64,000 nt of DNA. Origin: a virus. The position numbers and the translations under genes were made by a program. Shown here piece by piece: positions 50,587 to 59,457 of this stretch (positions are counted from its first letter, which is position 1; each line of letters begins with the position of its first letter). The stretch is from the IMG/VR virus record IMGVR_UViG_3300046798_000096, positions 4,483 through 68,482 of that record. One strand, 5' to 3'. The notes below the pieces were generated by a model. That model saw nothing but the letters and a program-made list of their open reading frames with translations, did no database searches and had not been told where the DNA came from.

Positions 50587-50795
50587 GCGAGCTTCTCCTT
50601 CTCCGCCCACCACAGCTGCACCACGAGGTTGCCCGAGTCTCCACGCTTGTAGACCTCCGAGTCGTCATGGATGACGGACTGCGGGATCCAGCGCTGCGTC
50701 GGCGTGCCCTCGATGACGACGCAGATGGCCTTCGTGGAAGAGCCGACGCAGCGGGCCTTGCCTAACGAAACGCCAGCAGGCGCTTCGTTGGTCAT
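50583..50795 (-). CDS. Conserved small phage protein
   Basis: STKAI.......WIPQSVI.D.SEV....D.G.L.V..WWA pattern. Confidence 0.65.
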   Translation of the reverse strand: MTNEAPAGVSLGKARCVGSSTKAICVVIEGTPTQRWIPQSVIHDDSEVYKRGDSGNLVVQLWWAEKEKLA

Positions 50796-51154
50796 TGGTG
50801 CAGCCCCATGCGTGCGAGCTTCAGTGCGAACGTCTCCAGCTCCTGTCCCTTGAGGCCATCAGTGTGGGCTTTGGTCAGGATGGCCAGAGCCAGCGCTTGC
50901 TTGGCTACGTGCGTATCGAAGATGTGCAGCAGCGCGTCCAGCTCCACCTTGTTCAGAGAGAACCCGGAGATGCTGGTCTTGGCGTTGAGGATCTGAAGCT
51001 GCTTCAGCTCTTCAGTCTGCGCTGTGACGAAGTCACTCAGCTCTTGAGGGGTCAGGTTGGCGCGCTTCGCCAGCTGCACCAACGGCGTAGTAACGATCTT
51101 TGGAAGCGCTTCTCCAGGTGGGAGGCGGGGCTTCCGCGGTGTCTTGCGTTTCAT
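50792..51154 (-). CDS. Hypothetical helical protein
   Basis: SD AAGGAG. Confidence 0.55.
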   Translation of the reverse strand: MKRKTPRKPRLPPGEALPKIVTTPLVQLAKRANLTPQELSDFVTAQTEELKQLQILNAKTSISGFSLNKVELDALLHIFDTHVAKQALALAILTKAHTDGLKGQELETFALKLARMGLHQ

Positions 51155-51335
51155 CTGTAATCTCCTTTATCGTGAACGAGACGAATCGATCGGTAACCCA
51201 TTTGGTCCCAATGAACGAGACCGAAGCAGCATTACGAAGAACAGACCAATCGTACTCAGCATACCGCTTGAGTAGCACATCCAGCTGGTCCTTGTCAACC
51301 AGCTGTGTAGAACGAAGATAGAGCCCCCAGATCAT
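51033..51335 (-). CDS. Hypothetical protein
   Basis: ATGA-coupled; the 3' end overlaps the next gene. Confidence 0.4.
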   Translation of the reverse strand: MIWGLYLRSTQLVDKDQLDVLLKRYAEYDWSVLRNAASVSFIGTKWVTDRFVSFTIKEITDETQDTAEAPPPTWRSASKDRYYAVGAAGEARQPDPSRAE

Positions 51336-51682
51336 TGGGGTACCCGGCTGTCAATGACAACGTACTCGTTGTTACGAGAGTGCCATTGCAGGGTCTGGAG
51401 GTTTGGAATCTTGGAAGCAGCGAGGATCATAGCGGTCCAGAGCATGAAGTGATGGGAGCCCATCGGAAGAAGGAAGTCCTTCTTGTAGTCAAACTCCGAG
51501 AGCCCCTCTGTGAGTTTGGCGATGCAGGCATCTGAATCCCACACGTCGCTGTTACGGTCAAGCAGGATGACCAGCTCTCCGTACTCCTGCGCCTTGTCGA
51601 AGGACTCGAACTTCGGCACCGTGCGCCGCAGCACCGGGTCGTAGCGCGTGGGAACCTGTGGAATGTAGACTCGCGGTTTCAT
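51332..51682 (-). CDS. Conserved protein downstream of the SNF2 helicase
   Basis: VYIPQ.P......A.EYGELV.LL...L..F...DFLL..G...W pattern seen in YuA-like phages. Confidence 0.65.
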   Translation of the reverse strand: MKPRVYIPQVPTRYDPVLRRTVPKFESFDKAQEYGELVILLDRNSDVWDSDACIAKLTEGLSEFDYKKDFLLPMGSHHFMLWTAMILAASKIPNLQTLQWHSRNNEYVVIDSRVPQ

Positions 51683-53115
51683 AGTAGCTCCGAGAACTTA
51701 TCCCCGAGGATGGAGCGTACCACATCTTCGTTGGACAGGTGTGTGTCGATGATGATCTCGTCACAGGTGTCCTGCGCGATGCAGTAAGTATAGTGGACGG
51801 CGTTGTGCTGCCCAATGCGGTGAGACCGGTCCTGGGCTTGCTTCAGCGCCACCGGATCCACGTCCACCCCGTGATGCCACTGCCGCGCTGCCTCGGTCAG
51901 CGTGAGGCCTGTTCCACCGACCTTGGGGTTGCTCATGAAGAACTGCTTGTCGCCCCTCTGGAAGGCTTCCAGGTTGGCTGCGCGCCCCTCATCGTCGATG
52001 GCTCCGTCGTACCTGGCGACCCTGTCCAAGCCCAGGCGTGCCTGGATGAGATCCGCGTCGTGGCGGAACCGGGTCCAGATGATGCCCTGGGTGTTCGAGG
52101 CATCGCACCAGTCCATGCAGGCATCGATGCGGGGCCACTCGTCGTTGATGGGGTGGTGCTCTCCGGTCAGCGTGTTCTTGATGTAGCCCGATGACACCTG
52201 CAGCAGCTTGCGGAGCATGACGAGCTTCGTCTTGATCTCCACCTCTTCCCCGCTCTGCAGCTCCAGGCGTAGGTCTGTCTGTAGCTGGTTGTAGGCTCGG
52301 CGGTGCTCTACGGGCAGCTCGATGTAGTGGCGCGAGTGCAGCTTCGGTGGCAGGTCTGGCAGCACGTCTGCCTTGAGCACACGCACCGAGATCTCCTTGA
52401 GCCACTCGCTCAGCTTGTCCAGGTTCTTGTACCGGATGAGCTTGTTCCATCCGTTGAGCGCCAGCCAGTCGGCAAAGTACGCCTTGAAGCACATGAAGTC
52501 TGGGATGCCGTGGCGCTTCCAGAACTCACCATCGAGGAACTTGATCTGCGAGTACACATCCATCGGACCCTCAGCACCCATGGGGGTGCCTGTGCCGATG
52601 GTCTTGAACTCAGCGTAGTTCCCTGAAGCGACGATAGTCTTGGTGCGCACAGCGCCTGGCGACTTGATAAAGTGACTCTCGTCTAGGATGTACGCCACCT
52701 TCCTCTTAGTCAGGAACTCCTTGACGAACTTCTTTCCCTGATCAGTAACAAATGCATGGTAGCTAATACAAACAATAGCTATGCCATCTTTGTAGGACAT
52801 AATGTCCTTACGCTCGATGGCAGCGCTCTTGTTCTTAGCCTGCTTGGTGGAGTAGATGAAGACCTTGTACGGGATACGATCAGGCCAGTGCTTCGGCATC
52901 TCCTTGACGGCGAAGTTGCGCTCGACACCCTTGGGAGCTACGAGCAGCAGCGCGTCCACGCGGCCCTGTTCGTAGGCTTGGGCAACCCGGTCGATGTACG
53001 TCTTCGACTTGCCCGTCCCCTGATCGTTGAACACCGCTAGTGCCGGGTCTTCACCGTGCTCGATGAAGATGGTGTGCTGGTGCTTCAGACTTTCCGACTT
53101 CTCTTGATAGCTCAC
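51679..53115 (-). CDS. SNF2-family (SF2) helicase
   Basis: DQGTGKS, LLVAPK, ILDESHFIKSP, GTGTP, GGTGLTLT, QAQDRSHRIGQ. Confidence 0.92.
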   Translation of the reverse strand: MSYQEKSESLKHQHTIFIEHGEDPALAVFNDQGTGKSKTYIDRVAQAYEQGRVDALLLVAPKGVERNFAVKEMPKHWPDRIPYKVFIYSTKQAKNKSAAIERKDIMSYKDGIAIVCISYHAFVTDQGKKFVKEFLTKRKVAYILDESHFIKSPGAVRTKTIVASGNYAEFKTIGTGTPMGAEGPMDVYSQIKFLDGEFWKRHGIPDFMCFKAYFADWLALNGWNKLIRYKNLDKLSEWLKEISVRVLKADVLPDLPPKLHSRHYIELPVEHRRAYNQLQTDLRLELQSGEEVEIKTKLVMLRKLLQVSSGYIKNTLTGEHHPINDEWPRIDACMDWCDASNTQGIIWTRFRHDADLIQARLGLDRVARYDGAIDDEGRAANLEAFQRGDKQFFMSNPKVGGTGLTLTEAARQWHHGVDVDPVALKQAQDRSHRIGQHNAVHYTYCIAQDTCDEIIIDTHLSNEDVVRSILGDKFSELL

Positions 53116-53136
53116 AATGTCTCACAATTCTGTAAT

Positions 53137-53249
53137 CTATCTGCGCTCCAGAGACTCCCTGCGGCGGGTGCCTGTAGGTCCGTCCTGCAGTATGCTAGCT
53201 CTGCATGTGCGAGTTACACTAACGCAGGGTCTCTCCGGAGCGCAGATAG
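53137..53249. other. Long intergenic hairpin (~25-bp stem)
   Basis: CTATCTGCGCTCC/GGAGCGCAGATAG 13-bp perfect stem plus AGAGAC-CCCTGCG/CGCAGGG-TCTCT. Confidence 0.6.
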
Positions 53250-53258
53250 GAAGTGTTT

Positions 53259-53309
53259 CTACCGGTAGCCGCCCTTGACCTTCTTGGTCTTTTTCTTCTT
53301 GCTTGCCAC
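53259..53309 (-). CDS. 16-aa Lys-rich micropeptide candidate
   Basis: SD AAAGGAAGAGG + GTG; MASKKKKTKKVKGGYR*. Confidence 0.45.
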   Translation of the reverse strand: MASKKKKTKKVKGGYR

Positions 53310-53463
53310 GGCACCTCTTCCTTTCGACTTGATGGTTAGTGCTGCCACGTCGGGTCCACAGCGCGTGGACCCCGCTTCTCGATGATCTCGCTGAGCCGTT
53401 GCGCTGCAACACGTCGTGCGTGATACGGGCACGGTGCAAAGCCGGAGTCCCGAAGTTCTCGCT

Positions 53464-53616
53464 TCAGTTCTTCGGCTTCAGCATCGACTTGAGATCCTCG
53501 ATGCGAGCGGCGCGTTCCGCCTTCAGCTCGCGCCAGCAGAAGTACAAACCTATGCCAAGCACCAAGGCAACGGGCCCTGATGCGATGAGAGAGTCCAGTA
53601 CTTTTGGCCATTCCAC
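53464..53616 (-). CDS. Holin-like protein (1 TM, charged C-terminus)
   Basis: Manual: MEWPKVLDSLIASGPVALVLGIGLYFCWRELKAERAARIEDLKSMLKPKN; SD GAGGA; downstream of the endolysin. Confidence 0.6.
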   Translation of the reverse strand: MEWPKVLDSLIASGPVALVLGIGLYFCWRELKAERAARIEDLKSMLKPKN

Positions 53617-53625
53617 AGTATCCTC

Positions 53626-53769
53626 TTACTGGGTCCCTGCGTCCAGCAACGCAGGCGACGGTGGAGGGCAAACGCCCTGAGGAACAGGGATCAGTCCCTG
53701 CTGAAATGCAGCACCGAGAACGATGCTGAAGAGAGTCACGCCTACCGCAATCAGCTTGTTTTTGGTCAT
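53626..53769 (-). CDS. Small membrane protein (holin/antiholin/spanin-like)
   Basis: Manual: MTKNKLIAVGVTLFSIVLGAAFQQGLIPVPQGVCPPPSPALLDAGTQ; own promoter TTGCAA-17-CACGCT 6 nt before the ATG. Confidence 0.6.
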   Translation of the reverse strand: MTKNKLIAVGVTLFSIVLGAAFQQGLIPVPQGVCPPPSPALLDAGTQ

Positions 53770-53816
53770 GCCGTAAGCGTGTCATGATCGTAACTATGTT
53801 GCAAGAGTAAGCGTAG

Positions 53817-54440
53817 CTATCTGGTGCCAGCTGTGGCGCGAAGGATGAGCGGTGCGTCCTTGACGATCGCGCTGTATTGCTCGGATGGCACACGCCTGAA
53901 CTGCAAGTCCTTGGTCAGCCGCGAGGTGAGCCGCACCCGGTTGTCCGAGTTGCCTTCCATCCCTGCAACACCCTCAGGGGTGAAGCCAACGACTGGAAAA
54001 ACATGCCCTGTATCATCGTCGTTGACCCATCCTGCTAGATCGCCCGGCTGCACGTCATTCGCCGCTACCAGCTCGAACTGCTCCAGGCACTGCTTGGCCG
54101 ACATGGTGCGCTTGCAGGACACGCCAGCCTGAGTCAGCAGCATGTACACGAACGCGGCGCACCAGGGGTCCGGGTACGCATCGCCAGGTGTGCCACCAGC
54201 GTTGCGTATCCAGTCGTCGATCAGGGGCCCACGATTGCTTCCAAGCGGGCTCTCAGCGGTCCCTCGATAGAAGCATGCCGTGCGCACGATGATGCGCCGG
54301 TAGCGCGGCAGGTCGTCGATGGCCATCGCCCACTTGGTGCGCGACCCGAGGTCACCGTCATTCAGCAGCAGGGCTCCATTCCAGTCCCTCTGCCTGGGCT
54401 CGCCCTCTTGCCACAACTTGATCTGCGCTCTCGTCATCAT
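53817..54440 (-). CDS. Endolysin, CHAP-family amidase/peptidase
   Basis: E...SNRGP.ID, PWCAAFV, PGD, GHV, EGN; N-terminal DGDLG.RT PG-binding-like remnant. Confidence 0.85.
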   Translation of the reverse strand: MMTRAQIKLWQEGEPRQRDWNGALLLNDGDLGSRTKWAMAIDDLPRYRRIIVRTACFYRGTAESPLGSNRGPLIDDWIRNAGGTPGDAYPDPWCAAFVYMLLTQAGVSCKRTMSAKQCLEQFELVAANDVQPGDLAGWVNDDDTGHVFPVVGFTPEGVAGMEGNSDNRVRLTSRLTKDLQFRRVPSEQYSAIVKDAPLILRATAGTR

Positions 54441-57400
54441 GTGAACGTCTCCCTCTGAGCTAGTTCACGGATCATAGCAGGAGAAAGCACAGCGCAATAG
54501 TGCCGAAGATTGTCAGCAAACCCAATAAGCCTGCCACCACCACCGCCGAACTGGCTGCGGAATGCACGCAGAAGCGATACCGTCCTGTTGGGTACTCCGG
54601 TTGCTTCGTCCACCATCACACCGTCGAGATACAATCTCATGGTGCCACCCGCACTGTACGTCAGCGCGCAGTGGTGCCAGGCGTTGATGGTGAACAGGTT
54701 GGTGACTACATAGAATGTACGGGACCCAGAATCACCATGTCCAGCTCTCAGCTGTGTGGAGCCATCAACTTCAAAGAACTGATGCCCTGTGGTGTCTGAG
54801 CTGAGGATGGTTCCTGTGCCAGTGCCAGTCGACTTGTTGACAGTGCAGACGATAGTGTAGCCGAAGTCCAGAGCTCGTGGAGAGATGATAGTGGTGGGCA
54901 GACCCTCACTGATGTTGGTACCTTCGTAGACAAAGCCACGTAGAGGATCCACGCCAGCGTCAGCTGCTACAGTCAGGAGGTTCGGCGTCTCGTAGGCTGA
55001 CTTGTCGAAGAAGACTTCAGCTGATGCAATGGAGCTGCTGATCGGAAGGAACAGCATCAGCGCATCAGCGTGGTAGTACATGAACGAGTAGTTGGCACAC
55101 GTCATCGTGTGAGTGTTCTTCTCGTTGTTGTGCTCACGGTCCATGACCTGGAAGGCCTTGGTCGGGTTGTTCTGATCCTTGACGATGAGGTAGGTCGTCT
55201 TGAGCGCAAGCCCAGGGTCGGAGTTGAGCGCTAACGCCGGTGCGTGGCCGAGCACCACCGAGTATTCGTCAGTGCCAGCGGAGCAGGGGATGGATTCGAC
55301 GGCGCCGAACGCATGCTGCACGAAGATGGTGAACGTGCCTCCCGTGAGATCCACAGGCTGGCTGGTGGTCAGGATGAGACCCACCACCTTCTCGACGTCA
55401 CCGTCCTGCACGTCAGGGCGCGTGTTGTCCTCGACCAGGATGCGCTCCATGAGGCGCAGCGTGCCTGCCTCTTCGAGCGCCTCGAACTGTACGGACTGGT
55501 TCTGGTGATCCTGCCGCGCCTGCTGCCGATGCCCGTGCCAGATGGCTTGCTTGCGATGCCTGAGGCCAACGATGCGAGACTGCAGCGGCGAGACAGGCTG
55601 CGCAAGCACGCGAGGGAACAGCGAGGGAGGGATGTATGTCTCTGGCCCCGTGTCAGGATCCATGAACTCCTGCTCCACGCCATCGTTGTCACCGAGGCGG
55701 CCGAACGTGATAGCTCGCGCTTCAGAGCCGGGCACCTTGTTGCGATGGTTGAAGATGTACGTGCTGGCGTCCGTTGCAACGTCAGGGCTAGCCTTCATCA
55801 CATCGCCCTGACGGAACGGAATGACGAAGCAGGCTGCGCAGATGGTAGCAACAGTCTCCTCTGCAGACATGTTCAAGTCGTCCAGCGTATAGCTGAATGC
55901 AGCTGCTGCTGGGTCTCCGAATGACTCGCGGATGAAGGCGAACGCATTCGCAATGGTCGCGAAGTCAATCTCAGCGTTCTTGCGATTACCGATGTACTCA
56001 TCCTTCAGCACATGGAAGACCATGTTCTCAGTGAAGTTGCCAAGGTCGACTGGCGTAGTGAACGAGACACCATTCCACGACAGTGTGGCCCGCGCTGCTT
56101 TGCAGTTCAGCTGGCGCTTCTCCACTCGCTTCGAAGATGGGTTACCTACGATGCGAGTCTGGATGGTAGTAATATCGGTAGCAGCGAAGTCAGGCTTAGA
56201 GACGGAGTAGCACTTAGAAACTTCAACGTCGTCATGGATCTGACCTGTGTATGCAGTGCTCTTGAGAATCGACGCAGGATCATTAGAGATGATAAACGTC
56301 GGCGTCCTGAAGAACGCTGTAGACGTTGGGTCCAACTCCATCTTGCGGAACGCAGCGCTGGTGCACGCGAACTGCACCAGGCAGCGGCCTGGCGTGATGC
56401 GTGGAAACTTGACCGTGACACCGCGAGTCTGGTTGCCCAGCATAGAGCCGCTGATGCTCTGCTGGAATGACTCCGTAGGATCCGCAGTGGGTGTACCTGC
56501 TGCATCGCATGGCGTGATGAAGCAAGCCAAGACGTGAGTCAGTACAACGCGGTTCGCAGTGTCCTCTGCGTAGAGCCCCTCGTTCGCAACGAAGTTGACC
56601 CACAGCTCCTCCATGTTCGGGTCGTCAATGAAGATGCCTGCATCGGCAGACAGACCTCCTGTCTTGTACCCAACGATCCATCGATTCTGCGCCGCGATGG
56701 CAACGTTCTTGTTGCGCACCCCAGTTCCGGTTCCGACCTCAGTGCTGTACGCAGCGATCTTGTCCCACTCCGCCTGTAGCGATGCAGGCACGCTCACAGT
56801 CAGCTGCACGTTCAGCTCATCAAACACAGTGACCGCGGTCACTGTGACAGGCGCCAAGTCGACTCGCCCATTCTCCGGGAACCCTACGATGTTAGGATAA
56901 GGTCCGGGAGGACTGACACCATCGGCTCCAAAGGCGTAGCCTGCACTAAGATCTGGCTTGGGTGAGGTCAGCGTTGCAAGCTTGCCCCAGATGATCTGCA
57001 GCTCGTCATCGATCTGTATCAAGCCTGTGATGTTGCCGGATGAGCCGTTGGTGGGCAGATCGATGGTACCTACACCAGACCCTAGATACCTGAAGGATGC
57101 ATGCTTCCACTTGCTGCCGCTCTGCAAATCAGCGAAGGTCTGAAGACCACTGCCATACACGGTCAGCGCCTTAATGGATCTCAGCGGACGATTCTCTGCA
57201 GACGTTACCGGGATGATGGTGTACACATCCTCGGTGATCATCTCGCCTACAACCAGTAGTGGCGTTCCACCACCAGGAGCTTCCCCAGGAGGGTACACGA
57301 CAGCAGCGGCTCTGGTGATATCCTCGAAGTCAGTGTCACCATCCTTGATAGAGGTAGGAGAATTTAGGCCCCTACCGATGCACATGTACGAGTACTCGAC

Positions 57401-57874
57401 AGGCTCGTTGTTTTCCCAGATGGTGTAGGGGTACTGAATCAAGTCGGGGATGGAGCGCACCACACCCAGGATGTCAGGGATGCGCTGATTCAAGCGCGCC
57501 TGGTTCTCTCGCTGCGACAGCTGGTTGTTGTTCGACCCCTTGGAGAACACTTGCTCCAAAGGCTTTGGCTTGTCCTGCGTGAGCTGGTTGACCGTGTACG
57601 AGATGAGCAGGATGGCTCCCGTCAGCAGCAGGGTGCCAGGATCCGCAGGGTAGACGATCGCGTAGAATGGCCCCGGCATCTTCGCCAGTGCATCGATGCT
57701 GCGCTTGTCTCCTGGCGTGACGTCGTTCGCCAGCGCTACCTCCTTGTGGTACAGGCGCGCAGTCTTGGGCCACACGGGCAGCTGCTCCATGAGCACATCC
57801 CGCATGTCCTCCGCCTCGAACTCCTCGTAGGCGTTGACATCGAATGGGTTGGTGGAGATCCAAACTGTCTGCAT
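54437..57874 (-). CDS. Tail tip/central hub protein (gpJ-like) with C-terminal LamG/ConA-like domain
   Basis: Start MQTVWIS; SNNNQL..R.NQAR...RIPDI.G.VRS.PDL motif; C-terminal WHHCALTY..G...LYLDG...DNLR.Y..VLS. Confidence 0.85.
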   Translation of the reverse strand: MQTVWISTNPFDVNAYEEFEAEDMRDVLMEQLPVWPKTARLYHKEVALANDVTPGDKRSIDALAKMPGPFYAIVYPADPGTLLLTGAILLISYTVNQLTQDKPKPLEQVFSKGSNNNQLSQRENQARLNQRIPDILGVVRSIPDLIQYPYTIWENNEPVEYSYMCIGRGLNSPTSIKDGDTDFEDITRAAAVVYPPGEAPGGGTPLLVVGEMITEDVYTIIPVTSAENRPLRSIKALTVYGSGLQTFADLQSGSKWKHASFRYLGSGVGTIDLPTNGSSGNITGLIQIDDELQIIWGKLATLTSPKPDLSAGYAFGADGVSPPGPYPNIVGFPENGRVDLAPVTVTAVTVFDELNVQLTVSVPASLQAEWDKIAAYSTEVGTGTGVRNKNVAIAAQNRWIVGYKTGGLSADAGIFIDDPNMEELWVNFVANEGLYAEDTANRVVLTHVLACFITPCDAAGTPTADPTESFQQSISGSMLGNQTRGVTVKFPRITPGRCLVQFACTSAAFRKMELDPTSTAFFRTPTFIISNDPASILKSTAYTGQIHDDVEVSKCYSVSKPDFAATDITTIQTRIVGNPSSKRVEKRQLNCKAARATLSWNGVSFTTPVDLGNFTENMVFHVLKDEYIGNRKNAEIDFATIANAFAFIRESFGDPAAAAFSYTLDDLNMSAEETVATICAACFVIPFRQGDVMKASPDVATDASTYIFNHRNKVPGSEARAITFGRLGDNDGVEQEFMDPDTGPETYIPPSLFPRVLAQPVSPLQSRIVGLRHRKQAIWHGHRQQARQDHQNQSVQFEALEEAGTLRLMERILVEDNTRPDVQDGDVEKVVGLILTTSQPVDLTGGTFTIFVQHAFGAVESIPCSAGTDEYSVVLGHAPALALNSDPGLALKTTYLIVKDQNNPTKAFQVMDREHNNEKNTHTMTCANYSFMYYHADALMLFLPISSSIASAEVFFDKSAYETPNLLTVAADAGVDPLRGFVYEGTNISEGLPTTIISPRALDFGYTIVCTVNKSTGTGTGTILSSDTTGHQFFEVDGSTQLRAGHGDSGSRTFYVVTNLFTINAWHHCALTYSAGGTMRLYLDGVMVDEATGVPNRTVSLLRAFRSQFGGGGGRLIGFADNLRHYCAVLSPAMIRELAQRETFT

Positions 57875-57879
57875 GGGAC

Positions 57880-58239
57880 TCACTTCGTGGTGTAGAAAAG
57901 AATCACCGGGAACCCCGCAGTGGCGAGGCTGAGCGACTGGTAAGCAGCGCCGTTGCGTCGGAGATGTAGCACACCTCCCGAGTAGAACACACCGATGTGC
58001 GGCACGTCGTTCGCCCGCTGCATGAGCACCAAGCACGGACTCTCTGGGCTTGCCAACTCCTTGAAGTATGGCTGCTGCTCAGTGACGTGCATCCACACTG
58101 ATGCCCTGGTGTACCCAACAGGCCTGCACTGCTGGATGTCCTGGCCGGTGATGTCCTTCCAGACTTCCTTGGCCATATCCCAGCACTCATACTTGCCAGG
58201 TACGAACTGCTTGCTGAGATAGTTGTCCACCTCGAACAT
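57880..58239 (-). CDS. Tail tip assembly protein (NlpC/P60, gpK-like)
   Basis: YECWDMAKEVW...PHIGVF..G.VLH. Confidence 0.8.
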   Translation of the reverse strand: MFEVDNYLSKQFVPGKYECWDMAKEVWKDITGQDIQQCRPVGYTRASVWMHVTEQQPYFKELASPESPCLVLMQRANDVPHIGVFYSGGVLHLRRNGAAYQSLSLATAGFPVILFYTTK

Positions 58240-58240
58240 A

Positions 58241-58792
58241 TCAACCAGTCTTGAAGAACGCACGCATCATCGGAAACTCTTTGATGGTGTACTTCCTGCC
58301 AGTCCTGGTGACTGACAGTCGTGTAGCCACTGCTTCGAACGAGCACCCAGTCTTGCTGTGAGTGATGGTGGTAATCTCGTGCGTGGTTGGCCCAAAGATG
58401 AGAGACACATCGTCTGACCTGTACACTCTGTACTTCACCAGCGGCTTGATCTGCATGGCGTTGGCGGTCATCACCAAGTCGATCTCTTGCGGGATCAACG
58501 AGCCCAGGTCGCCGATGTCCACTTTCAAAATTTGGTCCAGGTCGTTGCCGGTTCCGATCTTGGTGATGGCGATGGGCAGGTACTCGTACTCGAAGGGGCC
58601 CACTGCACCCTCGTGCATCACGATGATGCCGCGCTTGTTGTTGCCGTAGATGTCCAGCGCTGCCAGCTCGTCCTGCTCCGTGTTGCGCACGATGCGGAAC
58701 GTCTGGCTGAACTTGGGGTGGCTGATCTCTAGCAGCTCCAGCTGAGCCACAGCCGGAGCACTACCGAGGAAGTAGTCGTGATAGGCAGTCAT
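58241..58792 (-). CDS. Minor tail protein (DUF1833/gpL-like)
   Basis: LELLEISHP.F....RIVRN; VKYRVYRSDD. Confidence 0.8.
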   Translation of the reverse strand: MTAYHDYFLGSAPAVAQLELLEISHPKFSQTFRIVRNTEQDELAALDIYGNNKRGIIVMHEGAVGPFEYEYLPIAITKIGTGNDLDQILKVDIGDLGSLIPQEIDLVMTANAMQIKPLVKYRVYRSDDVSLIFGPTTHEITTITHSKTGCSFEAVATRLSVTRTGRKYTIKEFPMMRAFFKTG

Positions 58793-59457
58793 TCGGGCAT
58801 CAACACTACGGCGCCGCCGGAGATGAGGGTTGTCTGACCGGGCACGGTAGCAAGCACAGCCCATGCTGCAGCGAGTGGGCCAGGCACAGTGATCTCTCGT
58901 ATCGTGTCACTGGGGGCGCCAGAGATGGTGTAGAAGCCATCCAAATTGACAGCTATACCAGAGACCACTGCTGAGCTACCAACGATCTGCACAGTCCTAC
59001 CGACAGGGAACTGCGTTGCCTTCTGAACACCGACGGCAACGAACTGAGGAACTGTGACGTTCTTCAGCTGCACGGCTGCAGCAAGGATTGGGTTTGGGAA
59101 CACCTTGAACTGTCCCTGCACGACATGCAGAAGACCCTGGTTTTCAGCCAGGAACGGAGGCTCACCCGTGACTTGGCACTTGTAAGTAATCACGTGGTGA
59201 GTATCAATCTTGAGCCCCATGCGGAACTGTAGCGTGCAGTCTTCCAAGCTCTCCCTGAAGAACGCCATCAGGCGAGTGTACTGCGATTCAGTGCACGAGA
59301 ATCTGCACATGACGTAGTGACACATGCCGACCTTGTCGCGGCGCATGCGTGGAGCGCCACCATCCAGCTCGACCTCAATGAAGGACTGACCAGGCTTGTA
59401 CTGGTATCCACCTTGGTCTGGAGGATTGATGCCAGTCGGGATGAAAGGTGTGGCCAT
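58789..59457 (-). CDS. Distal tail protein (gpM/Dit-like)
   Basis: Follows the tape measure; P.QGGY.......VELDGG.PR.R motif. Confidence 0.7.
   Translation of the reverse strand: MATPFIPTGINPPDQGGYQYKPGQSFIEVELDGGAPRMRRDKVGMCHYVMCRFSCTESQYTRLMAFFRESLEDCTLQFRMGLKIDTHHVITYKCQVTGEPPFLAENQGLLHVVQGQFKVFPNPILAAAVQLKNVTVPQFVAVGVQKATQFPVGRTVQIVGSSAVVSGIAVNLDGFYTISGAPSDTIREITVPGPLAAAWAVLATVPGQTTLISGGAVVLMPE

Noticed and set aside
53336-53463. Frameshift extension of the holin-like gene into the open 53336 frame
   Set aside because: No canonical slippery heptamer or start signal; cannot be supported from sequence alone.
54437-58036. ORF-track start at 58036 for the tail hub; likewise 33342, 19486, 15734 and 50042 for other genes
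   Set aside because: The upstream extensions overlap neighbouring real genes or promoters; SD or promoter geometry favours 57874, 32790, 19438, 15623 and 49586.
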